NCBI GenBank assembly: GCA_022509045.1
Contig: JAFLTZ010000002.1
Span: forward strand, 2,017-66,016
Direction of reading: 5' to 3'
DNA: 64,000 bases
DNA from: Muribaculaceae bacterium
GTDB lineage: Bacteria > Bacteroidota > Bacteroidia > Bacteroidales > Muribaculaceae
Shown here: positions 10,750 to 20,854 of the stretch, piece by piece
Layout: each line of letters opens with the position of its first letter
Numbering within the stretch: position 1 is the first letter of the stretch
Made by a program: the position numbers and the translations under genes
The notes under the pieces: model-generated
Seen by the model: only the letters and a program-made list of their open reading frames with translations
Told to the model about the DNA's origin: nothing
The model's database searches: none

Positions 10750-12138
10750 ATGAATAACCGTCCTTACATCGTCGCTTTAGAGATTGGCAGCTCTAAAATT
10801 GTTGGCGCTATTGCTTCCGTGTCGTCGAAGGGGCAAATTTCTGTCCTTGCTTTGGATGAAGAACAATCGCACGAAAGTGTTCGTTACGGGTGTATTAAAA
10901 ATCTTGAAGATACGGCAAATAGAATTGCCGATGTGATTGCGAAACTTGAAGCTCATGCACAAATTTCGCCACAACGTATCAAAAGTGTTTACACAGGTCT
11001 GTCTGGTCGTTCCTTACAATCAGTATCGCACAAAACATCTTTGCCTCTTACCGAAGGAGAGCCGGTGTCCAATGAAATTATAAACCGAATGATACGTGAT
11101 GTTACTTACGCTGTCGGTGTTGAAGGCATGGAGATTATTGATGTTTTACCGACCCGATACATGGTCGATAACATGGAATCCGTTAAACCGGTTGGCTCTG
11201 TTGGTAATAAAATTGAAGGTGAATTCACGGTAATCTTAGGTAAAGAGCAGCTCAAAGCTAATATTCGTAGAGTTATAAGCGACCGAAATAATCTTGAAAT
11301 TAAGAGATTTAATACCACAATCCTTGCTGAGGGTGAACATGTTCTCACTGCAGAGGAGCGCCGACTCGGTGCAATGCTTGTGAATTTCGGAGCTGAAACT
11401 ACTACCGTAGCAATTTATAAAAAGGATGCTCCTGTTTACCTTTACACTATGCCTATTGGCTCAAGAAATATTACTCGCGATATTACATCGCTTAATGTTT
11501 TAGAGGAAAACGCAGAAGATATCAAGAAATCTATCGGAAATGCTAAAGAGGTTGGCACTCTCACCGATCTTAAGATTGGAAGTATCAAAGCTATAGATGC
11601 CGGGAATCTTATTGTTGCTCGTGCGGGTGAAATTGTTGCCAATATTTATGCTCAAATCGAAGCAGCGGGGTTAACTATTTCCGACATTCCTGAAGGAGTA
11701 ATTGTAACAGGTGGGGGGTGTAACCTTAAAAACTTTGTAGAGCTTATTTCTGACCATTTTGGGATAAAGGCTCGACGTGGAGATTTATCGCATAAGGAAT
11801 TAAATTTGACGGAGGCGAATAAAAGAGGGGTTGATATATCTCCGAAAAATCCCTCGTATTTGTCGATTTATTCACTTTTACTTGAGGCTGCTGCAAAATT
11901 GAAAGATGGAGAATCTTGTTGTATCTCTCCGGTTATTAATACAACGTCTAAAGTCGAAGAGATTAATAAAGAACCGGAAGTCAATAAACCGAAGCAAGTG
12001 AAGAAGCCAAAGAATCCTTCAAAACCGAAAATCAAAAAAGAAAATCGATTTGCCAACATCCTCCATAAAGTGCAGGATTTTGCAAAGGATCTTGCTGACA
12101 AAGCTTTTGATGATGAGAAAGATGATGAGGACGAATAG
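10750..12138 (+). CDS. ftsA: Cell division protein FtsA (actin-like ATPase) with a Lys/Pro-rich linker, an amphipathic helix and an acidic tail
   Basis: Actin-fold N-terminus (VALEIGSSKIVGAI) and GGGCNL. The first ATG is at 10750; the track start at 10726 is non-ATG. The gene precedes ftsZ. Confidence 0.92.
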   Translation: MNNRPYIVALEIGSSKIVGAIASVSSKGQISVLALDEEQSHESVRYGCIKNLEDTANRIADVIAKLEAHAQISPQRIKSVYTGLSGRSLQSVSHKTSLPLTEGEPVSNEIINRMIRDVTYAVGVEGMEIIDVLPTRYMVDNMESVKPVGSVGNKIEGEFTVILGKEQLKANIRRVISDRNNLEIKRFNTTILAEGEHVLTAEERRLGAMLVNFGAETTTVAIYKKDAPVYLYTMPIGSRNITRDITSLNVLEENAEDIKKSIGNAKEVGTLTDLKIGSIKAIDAGNLIVARAGEIVANIYAQIEAAGLTISDIPEGVIVTGGGCNLKNFVELISDHFGIKARRGDLSHKELNLTEANKRGVDISPKNPSYLSIYSLLLEAAAKLKDGESCCISPVINTTSKVEEINKEPEVNKPKQVKKPKNPSKPKIKKENRFANILHKVQDFAKDLADKAFDDEKDDEDE

Positions 12139-12178
12139 ACCTTATTGCTGAGTGTTTAATCTAAAAAGAGATATCATT

Positions 12179-13552
12179 ATGGACAACAATATATTCGACT
12201 ACAACGATAATAGCGATTTGAGAAACATGTCGGCCGACTCTAACAACGAAGAACCTTCTCTTGCCAAAATTATTAAGGTAATTGGCGTTGGTGGAGGTGG
12301 ATGTAATGCCATCAATCACATGTATTCGCAGCAAATTGAAGGCGTGACTTATGTGGTTGCTAACACCGATTGGCAGGCTCTTGCCAACTCTCCTGTTCCG
12401 ACTAAGTTATTACTTGGTCCTACAACTACAAAAGGACTCGGTGCCGGAAATAAGCCGGATGTTGCTCGTCAGGCGGCTGAAGAAAGTGCTAAAGAAATTG
12501 AGGCTCTTTTCGATGAAGAAACAAAGATGGTGTTTATTACGGCAGGAATGGGGGGTGGAACCGGAACCGGTGCAGGTCCGGTGGTGGCCCGTATAGCTCG
12601 TGAAAAAGGTGTTCTTACTGTTGGTATTGTTACACTTCCGTTTGGTTTTGAGGGACAGAAGAAGATTGCCAAGGCTATTGAAGGTGCCGGTGAAATGGAA
12701 AAATATGTTGATGCACTATTGGTTATCAACAATCAGCGTCTTGCTGATATTTATCATGACCTCGATTTCCACAATGGTTTTGCCAAGGCCGATGACACTC
12801 TCACCATTGCTGCACGAAGTATCAGTGAATTGATTACAGCTCCGGGTCTAATGAATCTCGACTTTAAAGATGTGGAAACCACATTGCAGAATGGTGGTCC
12901 GGCTATTATAAGTAGCGGATATGGAGAAGGAGAGCATCGTGTGACCAAAGCTATAGAAAACGCGCTGAATTCTCCATTGCTCAAAAATCGTGACGTTGAA
13001 GATAGTAAGCATATTTTGATTGACGTTAGCTTCGACCCCACGGTAGAGAATAATAAGTTTACTATAGGTGAAACTGATGAAATTAATGACTTTATGCTTC
13101 GGTTTGCTCCGGAACTCGATGTTATTACTGGTGTTCATCTCGACTATACTCTTGGCGAAAAAATAAAAATAACAATACTTGCGTCGGGATTCAAAGTATC
13201 TCTTGCAAGTGATACAAAACCTGTGACTCCTACTGTTCGTCAAATTTTTGACGAGGAATCCGAACCGACTCCTGCGGCAGAATCCTCGGCTGATAAGATT
13301 AAAAATGAATATGGCGAAGAATATGTTGACCGTCTTCGTAAAAACAAGGAACGGGCAAAATATTTTGTGTTCTCGGCCGATGAGTTTAATAATGACGATT
13401 TGTTGAATTTGTTTGAGACTACCCCTACATTTAATCGTACAGCCGCTAACAAGAATCGTTTCGAGGCTATTCGTCGCGAAATTTCAGAACAGAAATCAGG
13501 TAATGTAGCTGAAAATAATCATCAAACAGATAGTACGCCTATCGTTTTCTGA
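12179..13552 (+). CDS. ftsZ: Cell division GTPase FtsZ
   Basis: Tubulin signature GGGTGTGAGPVVA and N-terminal VIGVGGGGCNA. The first ATG is at 12179; the track start at 12152 is GTG. Confidence 0.96.
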   Translation: MDNNIFDYNDNSDLRNMSADSNNEEPSLAKIIKVIGVGGGGCNAINHMYSQQIEGVTYVVANTDWQALANSPVPTKLLLGPTTTKGLGAGNKPDVARQAAEESAKEIEALFDEETKMVFITAGMGGGTGTGAGPVVARIAREKGVLTVGIVTLPFGFEGQKKIAKAIEGAGEMEKYVDALLVINNQRLADIYHDLDFHNGFAKADDTLTIAARSISELITAPGLMNLDFKDVETTLQNGGPAIISSGYGEGEHRVTKAIENALNSPLLKNRDVEDSKHILIDVSFDPTVENNKFTIGETDEINDFMLRFAPELDVITGVHLDYTLGEKIKITILASGFKVSLASDTKPVTPTVRQIFDEESEPTPAAESSADKIKNEYGEEYVDRLRKNKERAKYFVFSADEFNNDDLLNLFETTPTFNRTAANKNRFEAIRREISEQKSGNVAENNHQTDSTPIVF

Positions 13553-13567
13553 TTTAGCAGTTGATTT

Positions 13568-14089
13568 ATGAGAAATTTAATATTAACTATTTCTATTATT
13601 GTGCTACTTGTGGGATGTGGCTCAAAAAGGCATTTAAATGGCAATCACAGCGACGAAACCCGGGTTGAGGCCTCTGTTCCGGTTGTGATGTCAAGTCCCG
13701 TTATGGACCGTCCAAAGGCAGTTATATATAAAACTAAAAATGACTATATAAATCTTGTGCCTATTACTCTTGATGCTTCAAAAACTAAAGTAATAAGTTA
13801 TCCCGCGCCTTCTGATTTGGTTAATGCTGTGCCGACTAAATTGATTGATGGTTATTTGCTTGATAATCGTGGAATAGGAATCAATACTGTATTCACTCGC
13901 TTTACGTATGAGGAGTATTCCCGACTAAAAGATGTCCCATCTGTTGCAGAATTACTTTCCTCTATTGTTGATAGCGACCCGTTTGTTGAGATATATGTCA
14001 CACGCGAAGCTAAAGATTCAAGTAACGGGATAGATTTTTATAACGATATTGTGAATAATAATTTTGCCGGTTGTGACAGAATTAAATAA
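13568..14089 (+). CDS. Small lipoprotein of unknown function
   Basis: Signal peptide plus lipobox (LLVGC). The ATG lies 16 nt after the ftsZ stop. I recognised no motif. Confidence 0.6.
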   Translation: MRNLILTISIIVLLVGCGSKRHLNGNHSDETRVEASVPVVMSSPVMDRPKAVIYKTKNDYINLVPITLDASKTKVISYPAPSDLVNAVPTKLIDGYLLDNRGIGINTVFTRFTYEEYSRLKDVPSVAELLSSIVDSDPFVEIYVTREAKDSSNGIDFYNDIVNNNFAGCDRIK

Positions 14090-14095
14090 TGGTCT

Positions 14096-14944
14096 ATGAA
14101 TAAAATAATTTCACTTTTTGCTGCATGCGTGTTATTGTTATGTCTTTCTTGTGCTAATCGTTCTCCGGAGAATGCGGGTTGCAATATTGCCACATACAGT
14201 GTTAATCAGCAGATAAAGAAAATATCAAAAATATACCTTTGCCCTCCGGATTCTGTGTATGGTGAAGGTGTAAGGCTATATTACAAGCGTAGTGCCAATG
14301 TGCAATTCATTACAGAGATAGAGGGGAAAGTTCCTGATGTCCTTCAAGACTCTGTGATAGCTATTGCATTCGATGAAAAAGGTGTAAATATAGATGGTGC
14401 CATGCAAAACTTCGTGACGTCTATAGGTGATTATCTTGATACTCCTTCAGATGACTTGGTAGAAATAACCACTGTGCCTTCTGATTCAAATGCGCGAATC
14501 CTATATGATAATATTGATGTTTCTATTCCATATCTTTCAGATAAGGTTGTAGTGTGTGAGATTAGTTATAGTGGATATAGTGGTGGTGCTCACGGCTATT
14601 ACGGCAGTAGGTATATAAATTATGATGTGAAAAACAATAAACTGCTGAATTTTGATGATATTTTTATCCCCGGATGCGAAGACGAGTTAATGGCGATAGT
14701 CGTGCACCGGCTAATGAGGGATTATGGAACAACTACAATGGAAGATCTTGCAAATGCAAGTGGAATCTTTACAGAAGCGTTGTTTTTATCAGATAACGTG
14801 TATTTTACAGATAAAGGAATAACGTTCTATTATAATCCGTACGACATCGGCCCGTGGGCTATTGGATCGATTGAGGTAAACACATATCTCTCAGAAATAA
14901 TGCCATATTTAACTTTATCCGCACAGTCGTGTTTCAATGATTAA
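14096..14944 (+). CDS. Lipoprotein with a DUF3298-like (RsiV/PdaC C-terminal type) domain
   Basis: Lipobox LCLSC. The segments YSGGAHGYYG...LLNFDDIF and FYYNPYDIGPWAIGSIEV match my memory of the DUF3298 pattern. The gene starts 6 nt after the previous ORF. Confidence 0.6.
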   Translation: MNKIISLFAACVLLLCLSCANRSPENAGCNIATYSVNQQIKKISKIYLCPPDSVYGEGVRLYYKRSANVQFITEIEGKVPDVLQDSVIAIAFDEKGVNIDGAMQNFVTSIGDYLDTPSDDLVEITTVPSDSNARILYDNIDVSIPYLSDKVVVCEISYSGYSGGAHGYYGSRYINYDVKNNKLLNFDDIFIPGCEDELMAIVVHRLMRDYGTTTMEDLANASGIFTEALFLSDNVYFTDKGITFYYNPYDIGPWAIGSIEVNTYLSEIMPYLTLSAQSCFND

Positions 14945-14962
14945 TCAGATACAAACAGCAAA

Positions 14963-14986
14963 GGCGCACTCCGTATGGAATGCGCC
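14963..14986. terminator. Bidirectional intrinsic-terminator hairpin between convergent genes
   Basis: GGCGCAcTCC-GTAT-GGAaTGCGCC forms 9 pairs with one internal mismatch and a 4-nt loop. It is flanked by T-rich sequence on both strands. It lies between the stops at 14944 (+) and 15011 (-). Confidence 0.75.
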
Positions 14987-15010
14987 AATATTTTGTAGTG
15001 ATTAGTTGTG

Positions 15011-15343
15011 TTATTCTGCTACTTCAGCGGCAGGAGTTTCTGCTGGTGTATCAACAGAAGGGAATACCGGTGCTGTTTGTTCTACCGGAGCTACAGAATT
15101 TACTTTGCTCTCTACAAGATTGTGAGGTGCCACAAATGCTGAAAGCACGCTGAGAACACAGATAATGATTGCGAGCGTCCAAGTTGCCTGTTCTACAAAG
15201 CTGTTGGTGGATTTAACCCCTAAAATTTGGTTACCACTTTGAAAATTGGACGCAAGCCCTCCTCCTTTTGATTTTTGAATCAACACTATGCCGATTAGAA
15301 GAAGTGCGGCAAAAATGATAAGAATTGTTAGAAATATATACAT
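15011..15343 (-). CDS. secG: Preprotein translocase subunit SecG
   Basis: The N-terminus (TM helix followed by LIQKSKGGGLASNF) is typical of SecG. A second TM helix is present, and the size is about 110 aa. Confidence 0.85.
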   Translation of the reverse strand: MYIFLTILIIFAALLLIGIVLIQKSKGGGLASNFQSGNQILGVKSTNSFVEQATWTLAIIICVLSVLSAFVAPHNLVESKVNSVAPVEQTAPVFPSVDTPAETPAAEVAE

Positions 15344-15438
15344 CTTTTTATAATGTTTTTGTAATGTTTCAATACTCTTTTTACTTAAACGGCTGCAAAG
15401 TAAGTGAAAAATTTCGTGATAATCAAGAGAAACGCTGA

Positions 15439-18213
15439 TTAAATGACAATATTCACTATTTTACCCGGCACCACAATAATCTTTTTAGGAGTTTTCCCGT
15501 CAATCCATTTGGCTGCATTTGAATCTGCGAGCGCTATTTCCTGTACTTGTTCACGAGTGCTGTCAGCCGGCACTGTGATATTGTAACGAGGTTTCCCATT
15601 AAATGACACTGCGTATGTAACGCTCGATTCGCGTGTATATTCTTCGTTATATTCAGGCCATTTAGCATCGCATACAGTGGTTTCGGCTCCAAGTATATGC
15701 CATAGTTCTTCTGCAACATGGGGTGCGAATGGGGCTATTAGAACCACAAGTGGCCTTAATATTTCGCGAGAGTGGCAATTGCATTGTGTGAGTTCATTTA
15801 CACATATCATAAATGCGCTGATAGAGGTGTTAAATGAAAAATGTTCAATATCCCATGTGATTTTTTTGATGAGCTTGTGAAGTGATTTCAATGCGTCTGC
15901 CGAGGGCTTTGAATCATCTATGAGTAGTTCCTCTTTTTTATAGAATAATGTCCATAATTTTTTAAGGAAGCGTGCCACTCCGTCAATTCCTTTTGTATCC
16001 CACGGTTTGCTCTGTTCAAGTGGACCGAGGAACATTTCATAGAGTCGTAGTGTATCGGCTCCGTAATTCTCCACTATATCATCAGGGTTTACTACATTAA
16101 ACATCGATTTCGACATTTTTTCCACAGCATACCCGCAATTATATTTGCCATTTTCAAGAATGAATTCTGCAGTGGCATATTCAGGACGCCAATTACGGAA
16201 TTTTTCCGTGTCGAGAACATCTCCGCTTACGATATTTACATCTACGTGGATAGGTGTTACATCATATTGGTCTTTTAATCCGTATGATACAAAAGTGTTA
16301 GTGTCTTTGATGCGATATACAAAATTACTTCTACCTTGAATCATACCCTGATTTATAAGCTTTTTGAATGGTTCTTCTTCGCAAACCACACCGTAATCGT
16401 AAAGGAATTTGTTCCAGAATCGGCTATATATCAAGTGTCCTGTGGCGTGTTCGGTCCCACCGATATATAAATCTACATTTCTCCAATATTGATTTATAGT
16501 TTTATCTACGAGCGCGTTATGATTGTGCGGGTCCATATAGCGTAAGTAGTATGCCGATGAGCCGGCAAATCCCGGCATTGTGCATAACTCAAGCGGTTGT
16601 CCGTTTGGAGCCACCCAATTCTTTGCTCTGCCGAGAGGTGGCTCGCCGGATTCGGTGGGGAGGAATTTATCCACTTCAGGCAATTGTAAAGGAAGCAATG
16701 ATTCATCAAGTGGCTGGGGTTGTCCATTTTGGTCATACCAAATGGGGAACGGTTCGCCCCAATAACGTTGACGGCTAAATATTGCATCGCGTAAGCGATA
16801 ATTCACCTTCACTCTGCCTATTCCTGCTTCAGATATATATTTTTTCGTTTTTGCTATTGCCTCTTTCACAGTTAGCCCGTTGAGTGATAGCGCTTCATTT
16901 GAAGAATTTATCATTATTCCCTCTTTAGCATCAAAGCTTTCTTCGCTCACATCTGCTCCTTCGATAAGAGGGATAATCGGCAAATTAAAATGTTTGGCAA
17001 ACGCATAGTCTCTACTGTCGTGCGCGGGCACAGCCATGATTGCGCCGGTACCATAGCCGGCGAGTACATAATCGCTTATATAAATTGGAATTTGTTTGCC
17101 TGTAACAGGATTTATTGCATAGGATCCGCTCCACACTCCCGACACACGCTTTTCTATCATGCGCTCACGTTCAGTTTTGCGTTTGCTCTCTGCAAGATAC
17201 TCTTCCACTGCTTGCTTTTGTTCCGGAGTTGTTACCATTTCAACATAACTGCTTTCCGGAGCAAGCACCATGAATGTCACCCCAAATATTGTATCGGCAC
17301 GTGTTGTAAAGATTAGAATGTTCTCATCAGGGTTCGAGACCAATGGGAACTTCATTTCAGCTCCTTCGCTATAGCCAATCCAATTTCGTTGCGTCTCTTT
17401 CAACGAGTCGGTCCAGTCAATGGTTTCTAATCCTTTGAGCAATCGATATGCATATGCACTTACGCGCAAACACCATTGGCACATCATTTTTTGTTCTACC
17501 GGATATCCTCCGCGTATCGATACTCCTTCACTTACTTCATCATTAGCAAGTACAGTGCCGAGTTCCGGACACCAATTTACCATTGTTTTACCAAGATAGG
17601 CAATGCGGTAATTCATAAGGATATCATTACGCTCTTTTTCGCTCAAATTTTTCCACTGGTCGGCGGTAAATTCCAACTCCTCGGAAGAAGCAACATTCAA
17701 TCCTTTAGTGCCGTTTGCCTCAAACTGAGCTATCAGTTTTTCTATTGGTTGAGCTTTTTGCAAGTCATTATCATAATAGCTCCCATACATTTTCAAGAAT
17801 GCCCACTGAGTCCATTTGTAATACTCCGGGTCGCATGTCCTAATCTCACGCTCCCAATCGTAGCAGAAACCAATCTTATCAAGTTGCTGACGATAACGGG
17901 CTATGTTGGCCGATGTTGTCACTTCTGGGTGTTGTCCGGTTTGTATGGCATATTGCTCTGCCGGCAATCCGTAGGCATCGTATCCCATTGGATGCAACAC
18001 GTTGTATCCTTGTAATCGCTTAAATCGACTATATATATCGCTCGCTATATAACCAAGCGGATGTCCCACATGCAACCCTGCTCCTGATGGGTAAGGAAAC
18101 ATGTCAAGAACGTAAAATTTCGGTTTATCTGAATTATTTGGAGTGCGATAGGTGTTATTATCTTTCCAATATTGTTGCCATTTCTTTTCTATTTCTCTGA
18201 AATTGTATTCCAT
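15439..18213 (-). CDS. leuS: Leucine--tRNA ligase
   Basis: Class I aaRS motifs HVGHPLGY (HIGH) and KMSKS. At 924 aa with a CP1 editing region, it has typical LeuS architecture. Confidence 0.97.
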   Translation of the reverse strand: MEYNFREIEKKWQQYWKDNNTYRTPNNSDKPKFYVLDMFPYPSGAGLHVGHPLGYIASDIYSRFKRLQGYNVLHPMGYDAYGLPAEQYAIQTGQHPEVTTSANIARYRQQLDKIGFCYDWEREIRTCDPEYYKWTQWAFLKMYGSYYDNDLQKAQPIEKLIAQFEANGTKGLNVASSEELEFTADQWKNLSEKERNDILMNYRIAYLGKTMVNWCPELGTVLANDEVSEGVSIRGGYPVEQKMMCQWCLRVSAYAYRLLKGLETIDWTDSLKETQRNWIGYSEGAEMKFPLVSNPDENILIFTTRADTIFGVTFMVLAPESSYVEMVTTPEQKQAVEEYLAESKRKTERERMIEKRVSGVWSGSYAINPVTGKQIPIYISDYVLAGYGTGAIMAVPAHDSRDYAFAKHFNLPIIPLIEGADVSEESFDAKEGIMINSSNEALSLNGLTVKEAIAKTKKYISEAGIGRVKVNYRLRDAIFSRQRYWGEPFPIWYDQNGQPQPLDESLLPLQLPEVDKFLPTESGEPPLGRAKNWVAPNGQPLELCTMPGFAGSSAYYLRYMDPHNHNALVDKTINQYWRNVDLYIGGTEHATGHLIYSRFWNKFLYDYGVVCEEEPFKKLINQGMIQGRSNFVYRIKDTNTFVSYGLKDQYDVTPIHVDVNIVSGDVLDTEKFRNWRPEYATAEFILENGKYNCGYAVEKMSKSMFNVVNPDDIVENYGADTLRLYEMFLGPLEQSKPWDTKGIDGVARFLKKLWTLFYKKEELLIDDSKPSADALKSLHKLIKKITWDIEHFSFNTSISAFMICVNELTQCNCHSREILRPLVVLIAPFAPHVAEELWHILGAETTVCDAKWPEYNEEYTRESSVTYAVSFNGKPRYNITVPADSTREQVQEIALADSNAAKWIDGKTPKKIIVVPGKIVNIVI

Positions 18214-18246
18214 GAGCTATAATAAATGGATTAATGACGTTATTAA

Positions 18247-20676
18247 TTACTTAACAATTATTTTACTTGTATATCCGGTATCTGTAAGAACTATATAAAA
18301 TCCGGCAGGAAGATTGATGACTGTTGTGCCCTCATCTACCGGAGAATATGCTACCAATGAGCCGGATGCATTATAGATACGAACATTTGTAGCTTCAAGT
18401 GCATTAACTTCCACACCACCGTTTATGCTACGAACAGAGTAACTGCTATTATTGTCAAGAACGGTTTCAACAGAAGCGTTGTCGCTCATAGTAAACACTT
18501 TTCGAGTTCGTTGTTGAGTTATCTCTGAAATGGTTCCATCCATATCGATTAATAAAATACAGGTATATGAAGCATTGGCTATAGGATTTTCCGGTTCGAA
18601 CTCAAATACAAACTCTTTTGTTCCGTCGGTATTTTTTATGGAAATATCCTGTTCGTATGTGTTGAGTAATGTATTACCACCCTGACTTAGGTAGAAACGA
18701 AGATATATTTTACCGTTATAATCTCCTCCGGAATTTGAGAGATAACATGTATATTTCACAGTCTTCATATTCGGATTATATATTTCCGAAGCGCGAACAG
18801 CTGTTATATTTGGTTCTCCCTTTTCAAAATAGAGAGTTTGAGCACCGATTTTATTTCCACGATTGTCCAAAACTAATACTACGAGATCTCCTCCGTGTGA
18901 AGGAGCGTTCCCTACAAATGTATAGGTTTTACTTTCTCCTGCTTCTATGTCGGCAACTACGATATCCGATTCTACAAGATTAGTAGCAGAAGCCTCAGAT
19001 TCACGAATAATGAGCCTTAAATCCCCGTGATAATAAGTCATGCCGGAATTCTTAATATCTACATTGATTGAGTATGGTTTTTTTGCCTCATTAGAAATTT
19101 TATTGAAATTTGAGGCAGATAGTGCCGCTATTGTTGGAATTGAGAATGTAGCAACCTTATTTTTCACTTGCATTATTATTGATTGCGGATTGGAGAGTAT
19201 TATTCTAATTCTGTCCCATTCCGAAGACCCGCTTAATTGATATACCGGACGAACAAAGTATGTGCCATCTTCAATATCGGATGGAATTTTGAGTGTTACA
19301 TTTGGAAATGGTCGCCCATAATATGATTGAAGCGGAGATGAAGTCCCTGTTGCTGTGGAAACAGAAATCATCTCATCCTGTTGATTAAATATTCCCATCC
19401 CCATAGTAGGAGTGAAAGAGGTCAGACCGTAATTATACACATTGTCCGAGAGAGAACATACAGTTGACCCCCCAAGAGCTACACTTGAAGCCGACGATCT
19501 TAATGTACCTGAATTAAGGAAAAGAGATTGATAAGGGCTATCATCTTGATCGCGGGGAATTATGTTTGTATATATAATCTGATCATAGTTGTATGCTCCA
19601 TTAGAGCCACCAATGCCTTGAGCATTAGGACCAAGTGCGGATGTTAAGAAATATCCGTCGCTTGAACCGCCCCAACCCCAATTGATATGGAAATAACCAT
19701 CGGTATTATAACCGTCGCATACGAATGCATGGCCGGAGCTTGATGTGAATCCGGAATAATAGACAGGACGTCCTGCATTAAGTTCATCAACCATTATACC
19801 TTCAAATTCATTGAGAGCGAAATAGTCGCGCAACACCGGTCGAATGCCTTTTGTATATTTGAAATTTTTAATAAGAGCACCCGCAGCATAGTCGTTGCGA
19901 GCACCACTTGCTGATGGAGAATATCCCATTTGGCATGCGTATCCGACTACTTGCATAAGTTGGGCTACTGCAAGTTTCTGGGCTTGAGTAGAATTGGTTG
20001 TGTATGTTAGAGTCATATTTCCCCAATCGAAAGCCACTTTGGTGAAATCCTCGGAAAGGTTTATTCCACCGTTTGTCCATCTATAGTTGATTGAACCTTC
20101 ACCCGGCCCTTGTGGAGTCTTATGGAAATACATTATCTGAGACAGTGCTGTGGCTACACATCCTGTTACGCTCAGTTGCCCATTAAGTTCGGGGCAAAGT
20201 AGATTATATGGATTACCTTGATTCCATTTCGTTTGTATAATTGGTTGCACATTCTTATCGAAACCACGTGTGATTGGTTCTGTTAATTCCGGATTGTTAC
20301 GTAAAAATTCTATTTGTCGTGCATATTCATCAAGCCAATATTTGAGACCCTCAGGTATATCATTTTGATTAAAAGTACCTTCATCACTATATCCGAGGAC
20401 GGTATTTGCAGCCATATCATCGGCTGCAACAATTACATATCCATTGTTTTCGGCATAGTTGAATACCCATAATGCAGGTTCTTCTGTGGTTGCATCGGTA
20501 AGTTCCAAAGCTAATTCCGGACTATTGCTATTTACAACAGCGCGAGTGCTTAAGGCTGAATTACTTTTCCAATTGGATGCTATACTCTTAGCTTCGTTAA
20601 GGCTAATTGTTTTGGAATAAATTGATGGTATTGAAAGCAATGTAAGAGCTACAATACTGAGTATCGGTTTAATCAT
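18247..20676 (-). CDS. Secreted C10-family (streptopain-like) cysteine peptidase, paralog B. Order: signal peptide, N-terminal pro/inhibitor-like domain, C10 catalytic domain, about 400 aa of beta-rich middle region, T9SS C-terminal sorting domain.
   Basis: Catalytic Cys context VTGCVATALSQIMYFH and His context GHAFVCDGYNTDGYFHINWGWGG. The C-terminal stretch VRIYNASGSLV...LPAGFYIV...KIIVK resembles a T9SS type A CTD. I chose ATG 20676 (MIKPILSIVALTLL...). The track start at 20757 is TTG and lies upstream of a -7 box. Confidence 0.85.
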   Translation of the reverse strand: MIKPILSIVALTLLSIPSIYSKTISLNEAKSIASNWKSNSALSTRAVVNSNSPELALELTDATTEEPALWVFNYAENNGYVIVAADDMAANTVLGYSDEGTFNQNDIPEGLKYWLDEYARQIEFLRNNPELTEPITRGFDKNVQPIIQTKWNQGNPYNLLCPELNGQLSVTGCVATALSQIMYFHKTPQGPGEGSINYRWTNGGINLSEDFTKVAFDWGNMTLTYTTNSTQAQKLAVAQLMQVVGYACQMGYSPSASGARNDYAAGALIKNFKYTKGIRPVLRDYFALNEFEGIMVDELNAGRPVYYSGFTSSSGHAFVCDGYNTDGYFHINWGWGGSSDGYFLTSALGPNAQGIGGSNGAYNYDQIIYTNIIPRDQDDSPYQSLFLNSGTLRSSASSVALGGSTVCSLSDNVYNYGLTSFTPTMGMGIFNQQDEMISVSTATGTSSPLQSYYGRPFPNVTLKIPSDIEDGTYFVRPVYQLSGSSEWDRIRIILSNPQSIIMQVKNKVATFSIPTIAALSASNFNKISNEAKKPYSINVDIKNSGMTYYHGDLRLIIRESEASATNLVESDIVVADIEAGESKTYTFVGNAPSHGGDLVVLVLDNRGNKIGAQTLYFEKGEPNITAVRASEIYNPNMKTVKYTCYLSNSGGDYNGKIYLRFYLSQGGNTLLNTYEQDISIKNTDGTKEFVFEFEPENPIANASYTCILLIDMDGTISEITQQRTRKVFTMSDNASVETVLDNNSSYSVRSINGGVEVNALEATNVRIYNASGSLVAYSPVDEGTTVINLPAGFYIVLTDTGYTSKIIVK

Positions 20677-20727
20677 ACTTTGTAATGTTAAGATTGTTTT
20701 AATTCCGGAGTTTCCGAAATAATGTAA

Positions 20728-20735
20728 CAAAGATA
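20728..20735 (-). promoter_or_regulatory. Bacteroidota-type -7 promoter box (TATCTTTG) for C10 paralog B
   Basis: The plus strand reads CAAAGATA, which is TATCTTTG on the minus strand and fits TAnnTTTG. It lies 52 nt upstream of ATG 20676 and downstream of the terminator hairpin at 20800-20834. Confidence 0.55.
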
Positions 20736-20799
20736 AGTATAAGAAATCAAAAGACAATGTGAAAAACAGAATTTTAACAAAAAGGGGACTTAAAAGTAA

Positions 20800-20834
20800 A
20801 AAGTCTCTGCCATATAATATCTGACAGAGACTTT
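20800..20834 (-). terminator. Intrinsic-terminator hairpin after C10 paralog A
   Basis: AAAGTCTCTG ... CAGAGACTTT gives a 10-bp stem with a 15-nt loop. A T-rich tract follows on the minus-sense RNA. It starts about 20 nt past the stop at 20855. Confidence 0.6.
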
Positions 20835-20854
20835 CTTATACTATTTGAAAGTGA

